Shown here piece by piece: positions 8,017-17,253 of a stretch of DNA of 60,200 bases. The stretch is from NCBI GenBank assembly GCA_003233455.1, contig QILQ01000011.1, forward strand, positions 1-60,200. Reading direction: 5' to 3'. The translations under genes were made by a program, and so were the position numbers. Source of the stretch: Candidatus Zambryskiibacteriota bacterium. GTDB lineage: Bacteria; Patescibacteriota; Minisyncoccia; Phycocordibacterales; WO2-35-19. The first letter of the stretch is position 1. Every line of letters starts with the position of its first letter. The notes beneath the pieces are model-generated. The model did no database searches, had not been told where the DNA came from, and worked only from the letters and a program-made list of their open reading frames with translations.

Positions 8017-9786
8017 ATGATAGCAAACGAACTTAGGAAAAAATATTTGGAATTTTTTGAAAGCAAAGGGCATAAAATAATCCCAAGTGCATCATTAATA
8101 CCGGAAAATGATCCAACAGTGCTTTTTACGACAGCTGGTATGCATCCACTTGTTCCTTATTTAGTGGGTGAAAAACATCCAGCTGGAAATAGATTAGTTG
8201 ATGTTCAAAAATGCATCAGAACCGGAGATATAGAAGAAGTGGGAGATGGCAGTCACCATACTTTTTTTGAGATGCTCGGAAATTGGTCTTTAGGTGATTA
8301 CTTCAAAAAAGAAGCTATTGAGTGGAGTTTTGAATTTTTAACCTCAAAAGAATGGCTTGGTTTAAATAAAGATAGATTGGCTGTCTCCGTCTTTGAAGGA
8401 GATGATGATGCTCCTTTTGATGAAGAAGCATTTGAAATATGGAAAAGTTTGGGAATTCCAGAGAAAAGAATTGCTAAATTACCTAAAAAAAGTAACTGGT
8501 GGGGACCAGCAGGAAAAACAGGACCATGTGGACCAGATACAGAAATGTTTTATTGGACCGGAAACTCAGACAAGATTCCAGAGAGTTTTAATGATGACAA
8601 CAACTTATGGCTTGAAATTTGGAATGATGTTTTTATGCAATACAATAAAATAACTGATGGAAAATATGAAGAGCTTTTGCAAAAAAATGTTGACACAGGC
8701 ATGGGACTAGAGCGAACGCTAGCGGTAATGAATGATTTGAACGACAATTACAAAACAGATATTTTTTGGCCAATTATAGAAAAAATAGAAAATCTCTCTG
8801 ATAAAAAATATGATGATAATCTAAAAGAAATGAGAATAATTGCTGACCACTTAAAAGCAACTACTTTTATTTTGGGAGATGAAAAAGGTATTACTCCTTC
8901 CAACACCGGACAAGGTTATGTTTTAAGGAGACTCATCCGTCGAGCAGTTAGATATGGAAATAAACTTGGATTAAAAAACTTCACTAAAGAAGTAGCCGAA
9001 GTAGTAATAGAAATATATAAAGATGTTTATCCTGAACTTTCAAAAAATAAAGATTCTATTTTTAATAATTTAAAAAAAGAAGAGGAAAAGTTTGAAAAGA
9101 CTTTAGAAAATGGTTTAAGAGAATTTGAAAAAGGAACTGATCCATTTACCCTTTTTACTTCATACGGTTTTCCATTTGAACTAACCAAAGAATTGTCAAA
9201 AGAAAAAGGGATAGAAATTGATGAAAATAAATTCAATGAACAATTAAGAAAACACCAAGAACTTTCTCGTACTTCTGGAGCTGGTATGTTTAAAGGAGGA
9301 CTTTCTGATTCAGGTGAAGAAACTAAAAAACTCCACACAGCTACTCATCTTTTGAGACAAGCGTTAGAAAACATTTTGGGAGAAAAGATAACCCAAAAAG
9401 GAAGCAACATAAATGCAGAACGATTGCGTTTTGATTTTACTTTTGGACGAAAAATGACTGACAAAGAAAAAACAAAAGTAGAAAATTTAGTTAATGAAAA
9501 AATTTCTGAAAAGCTACCTGTCAACAAAGTAATAATGAAAAAAGTTGATGCAGAAAAAAGTGGTGCTGTTCATACTTTTGGAGATAAGTATGGCGATAAG
9601 GTTAGTATTTATTATATAGGAGACTCTCTTGAATCTGCTTGGTCAAAAGAATTTTGTGGCGGACCTCATGTTTCCAATACAAGTGAACTTGCTTCAAAAA
9701 ATGCAACCCAAACAGGAAAATTTAAAATAATAAAGGAGGAAGCAATCTCAGCAGGAGTCCGTCGCATCAAAGCAACATTAACTTAA
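8017..9786 (+). CDS. alaS: alanine--tRNA ligase (short form lacking the C-Ala/DHHA1 tail)
   Basis: FTTAGMHPLVPY, WGPAGKTGPCGPDTEMF, editing-site HTATHLL and CGGPHV; ends shortly after the editing domain. Confidence 0.92.
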   Translation: MIANELRKKYLEFFESKGHKIIPSASLIPENDPTVLFTTAGMHPLVPYLVGEKHPAGNRLVDVQKCIRTGDIEEVGDGSHHTFFEMLGNWSLGDYFKKEAIEWSFEFLTSKEWLGLNKDRLAVSVFEGDDDAPFDEEAFEIWKSLGIPEKRIAKLPKKSNWWGPAGKTGPCGPDTEMFYWTGNSDKIPESFNDDNNLWLEIWNDVFMQYNKITDGKYEELLQKNVDTGMGLERTLAVMNDLNDNYKTDIFWPIIEKIENLSDKKYDDNLKEMRIIADHLKATTFILGDEKGITPSNTGQGYVLRRLIRRAVRYGNKLGLKNFTKEVAEVVIEIYKDVYPELSKNKDSIFNNLKKEEEKFEKTLENGLREFEKGTDPFTLFTSYGFPFELTKELSKEKGIEIDENKFNEQLRKHQELSRTSGAGMFKGGLSDSGEETKKLHTATHLLRQALENILGEKITQKGSNINAERLRFDFTFGRKMTDKEKTKVENLVNEKISEKLPVNKVIMKKVDAEKSGAVHTFGDKYGDKVSIYYIGDSLESAWSKEFCGGPHVSNTSELASKNATQTGKFKIIKEEAISAGVRRIKATLT

Positions 9787-9788
9787 TT

Positions 9789-9811
9789 AGCCCAAAGTCC
9801 GACTTTGGGTT
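9789..9811. terminator. AGCCCAAAGTCCGACTTTGGGTT hairpin (family member) just after the alaS stop
   Basis: 10-bp-stem hairpin 3 nt after the stop, followed by tttaataaaaaaa; same sequence family as 21500 and 52341. Confidence 0.65.
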
Positions 9812-9824
9812 TTAATAAAAAAAT

Positions 9825-10529
9825 ATGCAAAGAAAAAATAATTTCACTGAAGGAGAATTTTATCATCTTTATAACAGAGGAAACAGTAAACAAAATATTT
9901 TTCTTGATAATCAAGACAAAAGAAGATTTATAAAAATGCTGTATCTTTCCAATTCAAAAAAACGTATGAATTTTCGGGAAGATATTGTAAAGAAAAAAAT
10001 AGATGTTTGGGAATTTGATAGAGGAAAATCTATTGTCTCAATTGGTGCCTGGGTACTCATGCCAAACCATTTTCATATTTTTATAACTCCAACATCTAGC
10101 CCTACATCGGATGTTGGGTTAAATAGAGTTAGTTTTTTTATGAAGAAACTTTGCATATCTTATTCAAAGTATTTTAACAAAAAATATAAACGTACAGGCA
10201 GTTTATTTGAGACCAATTTTAAAAGTTCTTTTATTGATTCAGATCGATATTTAAAATACCTTTTTTCTTATATTCATTTAAACCCTGTTAAACTTATTGA
10301 TTCAAAATGGAAAGAAAACGGCATAAAAGATATAAAGAAAACAAATAATTTTCTGGAAAATTATGAATGGAGTAGTTATAAAGATTATTGTGGTGAAAAA
10401 AGAATACAAGAAAAAATTCTTTCAAAAAAAGATTTCCCAAAATATTTTGATTATCCAAAAGTATTTAAAGATGAAATATTTGATTGGTTATTATTTAGCC
10501 CTACATCGGATGTTGGGTATAAAATTTAA
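9825..10529 (+). CDS. IS200/RayT-like HUH-Y1 tyrosine transposase
   Basis: FYHLYNRGN, HUH motif MPNHFHIFI, catalytic-Tyr motif YIHLNPVK; paralogous to 44022..44702. Confidence 0.75.
   Translation: MQRKNNFTEGEFYHLYNRGNSKQNIFLDNQDKRRFIKMLYLSNSKKRMNFREDIVKKKIDVWEFDRGKSIVSIGAWVLMPNHFHIFITPTSSPTSDVGLNRVSFFMKKLCISYSKYFNKKYKRTGSLFETNFKSSFIDSDRYLKYLFSYIHLNPVKLIDSKWKENGIKDIKKTNNFLENYEWSSYKDYCGEKRIQEKILSKKDFPKYFDYPKVFKDEIFDWLLFSPTSDVGYKI
10098..10120. repeat. AGCCCTACATCGGATGTTGGGTT hairpin inside the transposase gene (after the HUH motif)
   Basis: Encodes SPTSDVGL, the same peptide as the mnmA insert. Confidence 0.8.
10497..10519. repeat. AGCCCTACATCGGATGTTGGGTA hairpin at the 3' end of the transposase gene
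   Basis: Direct repeat of 10098-10120 (22 of 23 nt identical; only the last nt differs); encodes the C-terminal SPTSDVGYKI. Confidence 0.8.
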
Positions 10530-10585
10530 TTATTTTTCCACAAGTTTGTTGCATACAAAGTAAAATAAAGGTTTATAATAAAGAT

Positions 10586-11956
10586 ATGCTTAAAATACAA
10601 TTTAGCGATGTTACTCCTCCAGAAAAAAGAACTATTAGAAATATCCCCATTCCTACTGGTGGCAAAAGGAAAACACCGGTTATTAAAAAACCAGAGGAAA
10701 ATTCTGTTTCTGAAATGGAATCAACCGAAAATACGAAAAGCAATAATCCTTACGAATATTACTATCCCAAAAAGAAAAAAATACCGGAACAACATAATAG
10801 TTTAAATAAAACAAGGAAAAAGCAGTGGATATTTGGAATTATCGCTTTATTTTTAATTGGTGTTTTTATGGTAAGTATGATGACTGTATTTGCTTCGGCC
10901 ACTATAAATATTACACCCAAAAGTCAGCAAGTTAATGTGGACATAAAAATAGTTGGAACCAAAAATAAAATAGAAGTAAATGCAGTTAGATATGAAGTTA
11001 TAAAACTTTCAAAAGTAAAAACAGTTTCGGTACCGGCTACAGGAGAAGAAGTTGTAGAATTAAAAGCTTCAGGAAAAATTGTGGTCTATAATAATTTTTC
11101 TTCCAGATCACAAAGGCTTATCATTCGCACCAGATTTGAAAGTCCGAAAGGTTTGATATACAGAATACCAGAGTCAATTGTTGTTCCGGGTAAAACAATT
11201 AAAAATGGAAAGGAAACACCCGGCAGTATAGAAGTGAAAGTCTTTGCCGATGAAGCTGGAGAAAAATATAACATTAAAAAAACCGATTTTACCATCCCCG
11301 GCTTTAAAAATAATGCCAGTCGTTACAAAAATTTTTACGCCAGATCCTCCACTGAAATGATAGGTGGCTTTATGGGCAAAAGAAAGAAATTGATTGAAAG
11401 TGCTAAAAAAGAAGCTTTGCAAAATATTCAATCAGAAGCAGAATTAGCACTTAAAAAAGATTTAAAATCAAAAGTGCCAGAAGAATTGACTTTACTATTC
11501 GGTTCCTTTAAATATGAATCCAAAGAATTACCTCCAAAAGAAAGCGGTTCGTCCGTTATAATAAGTAAAGAAGTTACTGCTTATGTCACTATGTTAAATA
11601 AACAAGATTTATCTAAAGAAATAACAAATAAATATATTTCTAAATCCACAGATTGGTCCAATATCAAACCTATAGTTGAAGATTTTTCTTCTTTAAAAAT
11701 AGTGGATATGTCTAAAGATCCATCAGATGCCAACAAAATAGATTTGCAAATAAAAGGCAAAGTTAAAGTTTGGGCGAATATTGATATAAATACTATAAAT
11801 CAAAAATTATTGGGTGCTCCCAAAAATAGGGTAGCAAAACTTATGAATGAATTTGCCGGAATTTCAAGTATAACCGCAATTATAAGACCTGTTTGGAAAC
11901 AATCTTTTCCTAAAGACCCTTTAAAAATACATGTTCAAACAATCACTAATAAATAG
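10586..11956 (+). CDS. hypothetical membrane-anchored protein
   Basis: 456-codon ORF with a single TM (WIFGIIALFLIGVFMVSMMTVFA); TATAAT lies 6 nt upstream of the ATG. Confidence 0.6.
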   Translation: MLKIQFSDVTPPEKRTIRNIPIPTGGKRKTPVIKKPEENSVSEMESTENTKSNNPYEYYYPKKKKIPEQHNSLNKTRKKQWIFGIIALFLIGVFMVSMMTVFASATINITPKSQQVNVDIKIVGTKNKIEVNAVRYEVIKLSKVKTVSVPATGEEVVELKASGKIVVYNNFSSRSQRLIIRTRFESPKGLIYRIPESIVVPGKTIKNGKETPGSIEVKVFADEAGEKYNIKKTDFTIPGFKNNASRYKNFYARSSTEMIGGFMGKRKKLIESAKKEALQNIQSEAELALKKDLKSKVPEELTLLFGSFKYESKELPPKESGSSVIISKEVTAYVTMLNKQDLSKEITNKYISKSTDWSNIKPIVEDFSSLKIVDMSKDPSDANKIDLQIKGKVKVWANIDINTINQKLLGAPKNRVAKLMNEFAGISSITAIIRPVWKQSFPKDPLKIHVQTITNK

Positions 11957-12011
11957 ACTTGCATTGATATGGCTTATATGTTAACCTTTTTTGGTCATTG
12001 TTTCATTTCAA

Positions 12012-12260
12012 ATGATAGATAAAGAGAGGTCAGAAACAAGTGTTGGTATAATAACGGAAGCGCTTCCAAATGCGTTTTTTCGTGTCAAGTTAAAAGAAAA
12101 AGAAATGCTTGCGTATTTATCAGGCAAGATGAGAATCCATAGAATCAAAGTGATGATTGGAGACTCGGTGGAAGTAGTTATTGATCCATATGGAGGAAAA
12201 GGTAGGATTGTGCGTAGACTTGATAATAGAAGGGCTAATTATACGAATATTAAAAAATGA
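12012..12260 (+). CDS. infA: translation initiation factor IF-1
   Basis: S1-like [16 protein letters not shown]...[16 protein letters not shown]; ATG at 12012 preferred to the TTG at 11991. Confidence 0.9.
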   Translation: MIDKERSETSVGIITEALPNAFFRVKLKEKEMLAYLSGKMRIHRIKVMIGDSVEVVIDPYGGKGRIVRRLDNRRANYTNIKK

Positions 12261-12373
12261 AAGTAAAAACTTCAGTAAAAAAAATGTGTCCAAAATGTCA
12301 ACTAGTTCGTAGAGGAGGTATTTTGTTTGTTGTATGTAAAAACAATCCAAAACATAAACAAAGACAAGGGTAA
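12257..12373 (+). CDS. rpmJ: 50S ribosomal protein L36
   Basis: Not in the ORF track (38 aa): [38 protein letters not shown]; ATGA overlap with the infA stop. Confidence 0.9.
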   Translation: MKVKTSVKKMCPKCQLVRRGGILFVVCKNNPKHKQRQG

Positions 12374-12414
12374 TGAATAAAAAAGTTTAAAAGTATAAAG
12401 TTTATAAAGTAAAA

Positions 12415-12795
12415 ATGAGAATTTTAGGAATTACAATACCGGAAGATAAAAGACTTGAAATAAGTTTAACAACCCTTTTTGGAATCGGGCGTTCTCGTGC
12501 TAAAAAAATTTTAGATGAAACAAAAATAGATTGGGGAGTCAAAGTAAAAGATTTGGATACCAAGAAAGAAAATGAAATAAAAAAAATAATAGGAAATTTA
12601 AAAGTTGAAGGTGATTTAAGAAGAGAAATTTCCGGAAACATAAAAAGACTTAAAGAAATAAAATGTTACAGAGGAATAAGGCATTCGCGATCTTTACCAA
12701 CCAGAGGTCAAAGAACTAAAACCAACTCACGCACCCGTAGAGGCAATGTTAGAAAAACTATGGGCACCGGCAGAAGAGCGGTTGATAAAAAATAA
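12415..12795 (+). CDS. rpsM: 30S ribosomal protein S13
   Basis: MRILGITIPEDKRLEISLTTLFGIGRSRAKKIL; operon context. Confidence 0.95.
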   Translation: MRILGITIPEDKRLEISLTTLFGIGRSRAKKILDETKIDWGVKVKDLDTKKENEIKKIIGNLKVEGDLRREISGNIKRLKEIKCYRGIRHSRSLPTRGQRTKTNSRTRRGNVRKTMGTGRRAVDKK

Positions 12796-12802
12796 AAAAT
12801 AT

Positions 12803-13279
12803 ATGGGAAAAAAGAGAATTGTAAAAACAGATTCAACACAAGAATTAGAAAGCAAAGTAAAAGATGTTGAAAAAGAAGAATTAAAAAAAGCTGAAGTAAA
12901 AACAAACACAGTTAAAGTTTCTGGTAAAAAAAGAGTTAGTTCTGGATTACTTTATGTTAGATCAACATATAACAATACTGTATTGGTATTGACAGACAAA
13001 AAAGGTAATGTTTTAGCTACCTCCTCTAGCGGAAAATTAGGATTTAAAGGAGCTAAAAAAGGCACTCCATTCGCCGCCGCCAAAGTGGGCGAAACTTTAG
13101 CCATAAAAGCTCAAACTCTGGGTATAAAAGAAATTGGAGCTATTGTAAAAGGAGTTGGATCAGGCAGAGAATCCGGAATAAGAGGTTTTATATCAAAAGG
13201 CATAAATTTAACTTCCATAAAAGACGCTACACCAGTGCCTCATAACGGTCCCAAACCAAAGAAACCCAGAAGAGTTTAA
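12803..13279 (+). CDS. rpsK: 30S ribosomal protein S11
   Basis: LYVRSTYNNTVLVLTDKKGNVLATSSSG...TPVPHNGPKPKKPRRV; ATG at 12803 avoids overlap with rpsM. Confidence 0.95.
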   Translation: MGKKRIVKTDSTQELESKVKDVEKEELKKAEVKTNTVKVSGKKRVSSGLLYVRSTYNNTVLVLTDKKGNVLATSSSGKLGFKGAKKGTPFAAAKVGETLAIKAQTLGIKEIGAIVKGVGSGRESGIRGFISKGINLTSIKDATPVPHNGPKPKKPRRV

Positions 13280-13312
13280 TATCTATAATAAATAATCATT
13301 AAAATATAAATT

Positions 13313-13927
13313 ATGAAGATTGGACCAAAATACAAAATAGCTCGCAGGTTACAAGCCCCTATTTTTGAGAAAACCCAAACTCAAAAATATAGCTTGAGAG
13401 AAGAGTATAAAAGTAGAAACAAAAAAAAATTTTTCCGCAAACCGAAAACTGATTTCGCTATTCAATTAAATGAAAAACAAAAAGCGAGAATGTTTTATTG
13501 CGTAACGGAAAAACAATTTGCAAAATATGCAAAGCAAGCATTAATCAAAAAAACAAACTCACCAGCGGTAAATCTTTTAAAATCTCTTGAACATCGTCTT
13601 GATAATGTGGTATGGAGAGCTGGTATTTTACCAACTCATTTATCTGCCAGACAAGCTGTTTCTCATGGTCATTTTTTGGTAAATGGTAAAAAAGTTTATG
13701 TCCCGTCTTTTTCCGTAAAATCAGGTGATAGAATAAATATTCGTCAAGGGAGCAAACAAAACAAATTATTTAACGAGATGGAAAATAAAATAATAGAAAC
13801 AACATTGCCGGATTGGCTATCTTGGGATAGCAATAAAAAAGAACTTTCCGTAAAAGAAAAGACTTTTAAAGAAACACCTGACTTATTATTTAACCTTGAT
13901 CAAGTAATTGAGTATTATCAAAGATAA
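13313..13927 (+). CDS. rpsD: 30S ribosomal protein S4
   Basis: LEHRLDNVVWRAGILPTHLSARQAVSHGHFLVNGKKV (S4 domain). Confidence 0.95.
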   Translation: MKIGPKYKIARRLQAPIFEKTQTQKYSLREEYKSRNKKKFFRKPKTDFAIQLNEKQKARMFYCVTEKQFAKYAKQALIKKTNSPAVNLLKSLEHRLDNVVWRAGILPTHLSARQAVSHGHFLVNGKKVYVPSFSVKSGDRINIRQGSKQNKLFNEMENKIIETTLPDWLSWDSNKKELSVKEKTFKETPDLLFNLDQVIEYYQR

Positions 13928-13938
13928 TTTTTAACATT

Positions 13939-14931
13939 ATGACAACAGAAAATTTTAATAAAACCATTTTATTACCTTCAAAACCAAAAATAATTTCGGA
14001 GGATAATAATAAAGCTGTTTATGAGATTGACGGATTTTACCCTGGATATGGATTTACCATAGGCAATAGTCTTCGCCGTATTATTTTATCTTCTTTGCCT
14101 GGAGCGGCTATTACTTCGGTAAAAATAGATGGTATTGAGCATGAATTTTCTTCAATCAAAGGAGTGAAAGAAGATGTGGTCACTATAATGCTCAATATTA
14201 AAAGACTTAGAATTAAAATGGTTACCGATGAATCTCAAATATTAACCATAAAAGCGAAAGGAGTAAAAACTATCACCGCTAAAGATATTGAAGTTCCTGG
14301 ACAAGTGGAAATTATAAACCCAGAACTCGTTATAGCTACCCTTACAGATAAAAATTCAGAATTAAATATAGAAATGACTGCGGAGAAAGGGCTTGGTTTT
14401 GTCAGTCGCGATATGCTCCAAAAAGATAAAGTTGATATTGGCACTATAATTATAGATGCTAATTTTACTCCCATCAGAAGAGTCAGTTATGAAGTTGAAA
14501 ATATGAGAGTTGGTAATCGCACCGATTTTAACCGTTTAAGAATATCTATAAACACAGACGGTAGTATCACCCCCAAAGAATCTCTTGAAAAATCAATAAA
14601 TATTATGATAGAGCAATTAAAAGCTATTGTTGGATTTAAAGAAAAGGAAGAGTTGTTGGACAAAGATGCCGACATTGCTGATTCCGAAATTACCAGTGAA
14701 GACAACCATAGTGACGCTCAAAAAATGGATCCGGAATTTCTAAAAACTCGCATTGAAAATCTAAATTTGTCGGCAAGAACTTTAAATGCTCTCTCAAGTG
14801 CCAATATAAGAACAATCGGCGGTTTAGCTAGAAAAAAAGAAAGGGATATTTTAGAGGTAGAAGGACTTGGAGCAAAAGGAGTGGCTGAAATTAAAAGAGT
14901 TTTAGGAGAACATAATATTACTTTAAAATAA
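13939..14931 (+). CDS. rpoA: DNA-directed RNA polymerase subunit alpha
   Basis: [30 protein letters not shown] plus C-terminal [11 protein letters not shown]; long acidic linker. Confidence 0.95.
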   Translation: [330 protein letters not shown]

Positions 14932-15282
14932 ATGAGACATCATAATATTAACAGAAAATTCGGAAGAGTTCGCAAAGTAAGAAAAGCTTTGATAAATTCT
15001 CTTGCTCGTTCTTTAGTATTATATGAAAAAATAGAAACAACGGAGGCGAAAGCGAAGGAACTTAGACCTTTTATTGAAAAAATAATAACAAAAGGTAAAC
15101 TGCAAACTGTCGCCGCCAGACGAATGATAAACGCCAAAATAGGACCGAAAGCCTCCAAAATAGTGGTTGATAAATTTGCCAAAGAATACGCAGACCGTAA
15201 GGGAGGATTTACTAGAATCATCAAATCCAAAATAAGACTCTCAGATGGAAGTAAAATGGCTATTATAGAATTTGTAAAATAA
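14932..15282 (+). CDS. rplQ: 50S ribosomal protein L17
   Basis: MRHHNINRKFGRVRKVRKALINSLARSLVLYEKIETT. Confidence 0.95.
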   Translation: MRHHNINRKFGRVRKVRKALINSLARSLVLYEKIETTEAKAKELRPFIEKIITKGKLQTVAARRMINAKIGPKASKIVVDKFAKEYADRKGGFTRIIKSKIRLSDGSKMAIIEFVK

Positions 15283-15295
15283 GAATTATAAATTT

Positions 15296-15646
15296 ATGGA
15301 ACACATATATACAATAGACGCACAGAGTAAAAAATTAGGCAGATTAGCCAGCGAAATCGCTGTTATTCTAATGGGTAAAAATCGCCCTGATTTTACCCGA
15401 AACGCTATTCCAGATATAAAAGTGAAAATAACAAATGCCGGAAAAATTTCTGTTACCAATAAAAAAATGGATAATGAAGTTTATAAAAATTATTCAGGTT
15501 ATCCAGGTGGTTTAAAAGAAAGACCAATGAAAAAAGTTGTCGCAGACAAAGGTATGAGAGAAGTTTTAAGAATTGCCGTAAAAGGTATGTTGCCAAAAAA
15601 TAAATTGAGAGTTAGGATGATGAAAAATTTAACAATCAGCGAATAA
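15296..15646 (+). CDS. rplM: 50S ribosomal protein L13
   Basis: KLGRLASEIAVILMGKNRPDFT...VKGMLPKN. Confidence 0.92.
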   Translation: MEHIYTIDAQSKKLGRLASEIAVILMGKNRPDFTRNAIPDIKVKITNAGKISVTNKKMDNEVYKNYSGYPGGLKERPMKKVVADKGMREVLRIAVKGMLPKNKLRVRMMKNLTISE

Positions 15647-15702
15647 CTTCACCACCACCTCTTCTAAATGCAAGAGAAGGGAGAAGAAAAAAACATATAA
15701 AT

Positions 15703-16125
15703 ATGCCAATAACAAAAACAAAAGAAAAAGTAAGCAAGGACCGATATGTTGAAGCAGTCGGCAGAAGAAAAACCTCCGTAGCCAGAGTGCGCCTTATTCC
15801 AGCTTCAAAAAATATTTTCAAAATAAATAACCGCGACTTGGCTTCGTATTTTCCGACTGAAGAACTACGCAAAATAGTGGAAGAAGCTGTAAATAAAGCA
15901 AAAATCGGCACTTTTGATATCTCCATACATTTAAAAGGGGGTGGTATTCATTCCCAAGCGGAAGCAGTGCGACATGGTATTTCCAGAGTATTGATAAAAA
16001 TTGACGAAGCTTTAAAATTAAAACTTAAAACTGCCGGATTTTTAAAACGCGACCCTCGTGCCAAAGAGCGTCGCAAATTCGGTCTCAAAAAAGCAAGGAA
16101 ATCGGCTCAATGGTCTAAGAGGTAG
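15703..16125 (+). CDS. rpsI: 30S ribosomal protein S9
   Basis: GRRKTSVARVRL...GGGIHSQAEAVRHGISRVL...DPRAKERRKFGLKKARK. Confidence 0.95.
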   Translation: MPITKTKEKVSKDRYVEAVGRRKTSVARVRLIPASKNIFKINNRDLASYFPTEELRKIVEEAVNKAKIGTFDISIHLKGGGIHSQAEAVRHGISRVLIKIDEALKLKLKTAGFLKRDPRAKERRKFGLKKARKSAQWSKR

Positions 16126-16127
16126 AA

Positions 16128-16146
16128 AATTCTGATTATCAGAATT
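16128..16146 (+). terminator. AT-rich palindrome after rpsI (possible terminator)
   Basis: aattctgat-t-atcagaatt begins 3 nt after the rpsI stop; weak stem and no clean T-run. Confidence 0.35.
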
Positions 16147-16157
16147 AAAATAAAAAT

Positions 16158-16715
16158 ATGCGAAACAAGAAAAAAGAAAATTTTGACGATATAATTTTTG
16201 ATAATGAAGATGGGGAAAATAATCCAACCAACACTATCAAAAAACTTCGGCAAAAAATAAAAGATTTAGAAGAGAAAGAAAGAGAGTATCTTGCCGGTTG
16301 GCAAAAAGAAAGAGCTGATAGCGTAAACTTGCGTAAAAAACTGGAAGAAGAAAAAAAAGAATATGCCAAATTTGCCAAAGAAGATATTTCAACCGAACTC
16401 ATATCCGTTCTTGATTCATTTGATTCAGCTTTTAAAAATAAAGAAGCTTGGGAAAAAGTGGATAAAAATTGGAGACAAGGAATAGAATATATTCACGCTC
16501 AACTTATAAATGTGCTTTCAAATCACGGTGTATCTATTATTTCTCCTTTAGGTGAGCAATTTAATCCAAAAAGAGATGAAGCAGTGGAAAGTGTGGCAGT
16601 AACAGATGAAAAAGAAGATGGAAAAATAGTTGAAATAGTAAGTGTTGGTTATAAATTGCAAGATAAAATTATTCGCGCTCCTAAAGTTAAAGTGGGGGAA
16701 TATAAGAGTCAATAG
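16158..16715 (+). CDS. grpE: nucleotide exchange factor GrpE
   Basis: Coiled-coil N-terminus then GrpE core (VLDSFD...GEQFNPKRDEAV...IVEIVSVGYKLQDKIIRAPKVKV); next to dnaK. Confidence 0.9.
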   Translation: MRNKKKENFDDIIFDNEDGENNPTNTIKKLRQKIKDLEEKEREYLAGWQKERADSVNLRKKLEEEKKEYAKFAKEDISTELISVLDSFDSAFKNKEAWEKVDKNWRQGIEYIHAQLINVLSNHGVSIISPLGEQFNPKRDEAVESVAVTDEKEDGKIVEIVSVGYKLQDKIIRAPKVKVGEYKSQ

Positions 16716-16759
16716 TAAGTGGTTTGTAGATAATAGCAAGGAAATGCTATAATAATTCA

Positions 16760-17137
16760 ATGACCAAAATTGAGATTGAAAAAATAATAAAAAGAATTCA
16801 GAACGACTCCGATAAAAGAATGGAAAAACTTATGAAGCGTCATACCGGAGCCTTGCTTGAGGAATTTCAAAGCAGAGTTTCTGTTATAGCGGAACAATAT
16901 AGTGATATACAAAAAACTCTTAATTCTCATACTATAACACTTGATTCTCATACTAAAATGTTAAATTCTCACACCAGGACACTTGATTCTCATACTGACC
17001 AGATTGCCGGTATACTTGTAAATCTAAATGAAATTAAACTGGATATAAAAGATATAAAATCCGGTTTAGATAAAAAAGTTAATGAAGAACATTTTGTCAA
17101 TCTGGACACGCGAGTTCAGGTATTGGAAAAACAATAA
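16760..17137 (+). CDS. hypothetical coiled-coil protein with four 7-aa (21-bp) LxSHTxx repeats
   Basis: LNSHTIT LDSHTKM LNSHTRT LDSHTDQ; TGcTATAAT lies 6 nt before the ATG; inserted between grpE and dnaK. Confidence 0.5.
   Translation: MTKIEIEKIIKRIQNDSDKRMEKLMKRHTGALLEEFQSRVSVIAEQYSDIQKTLNSHTITLDSHTKMLNSHTRTLDSHTDQIAGILVNLNEIKLDIKDIKSGLDKKVNEEHFVNLDTRVQVLEKQ
16922..17005 (+). repeat. 4 x 21-bp tandem repeat inside CDS 16760..17137
   Basis: aattctcatactataacactt / gattctcatactaaaatgtta / aattctcacaccaggacactt / gattctcatactgaccagatt. Confidence 0.85.
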
Positions 17138-17253
17138 AAAAAAGAAACTGCTAAACTATGATGTGTCAAGTGTATGAAGAATAAAGTAGTGGTATAATTG
17201 GATTCGCTAATATTTAAATTTAGTAAAAAATTATAAATTAACCAAAAAATCAT

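Noticed and set aside
12258-12260. Alternative genetic code (UGA reassigned, as in some CPR lineages)
   Set aside because: TGA ends infA with the usual C-terminus and an ATGA overlap to rpmJ. It also ends corA and the ORFs at 34259 and 39354 at sensible positions. No conserved protein needs read-through of TGA.
15647-15702. Hairpin cctcttct-aaatgca-agagaagg between rplM and rpsI as a regulatory attenuator
   Set aside because: It is a single short stem in a 56-nt spacer with no T-run and no second conformer I could draw. It may simply be an mRNA processing or stability element.
17140-17253. CIRCE/HrcA operator upstream of dnaK
   Set aside because: Only a weak AT-rich CTAA-N9-TTAG palindrome is present. 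It does not match TTAGCACTC-N9-GAGTGCTAA.
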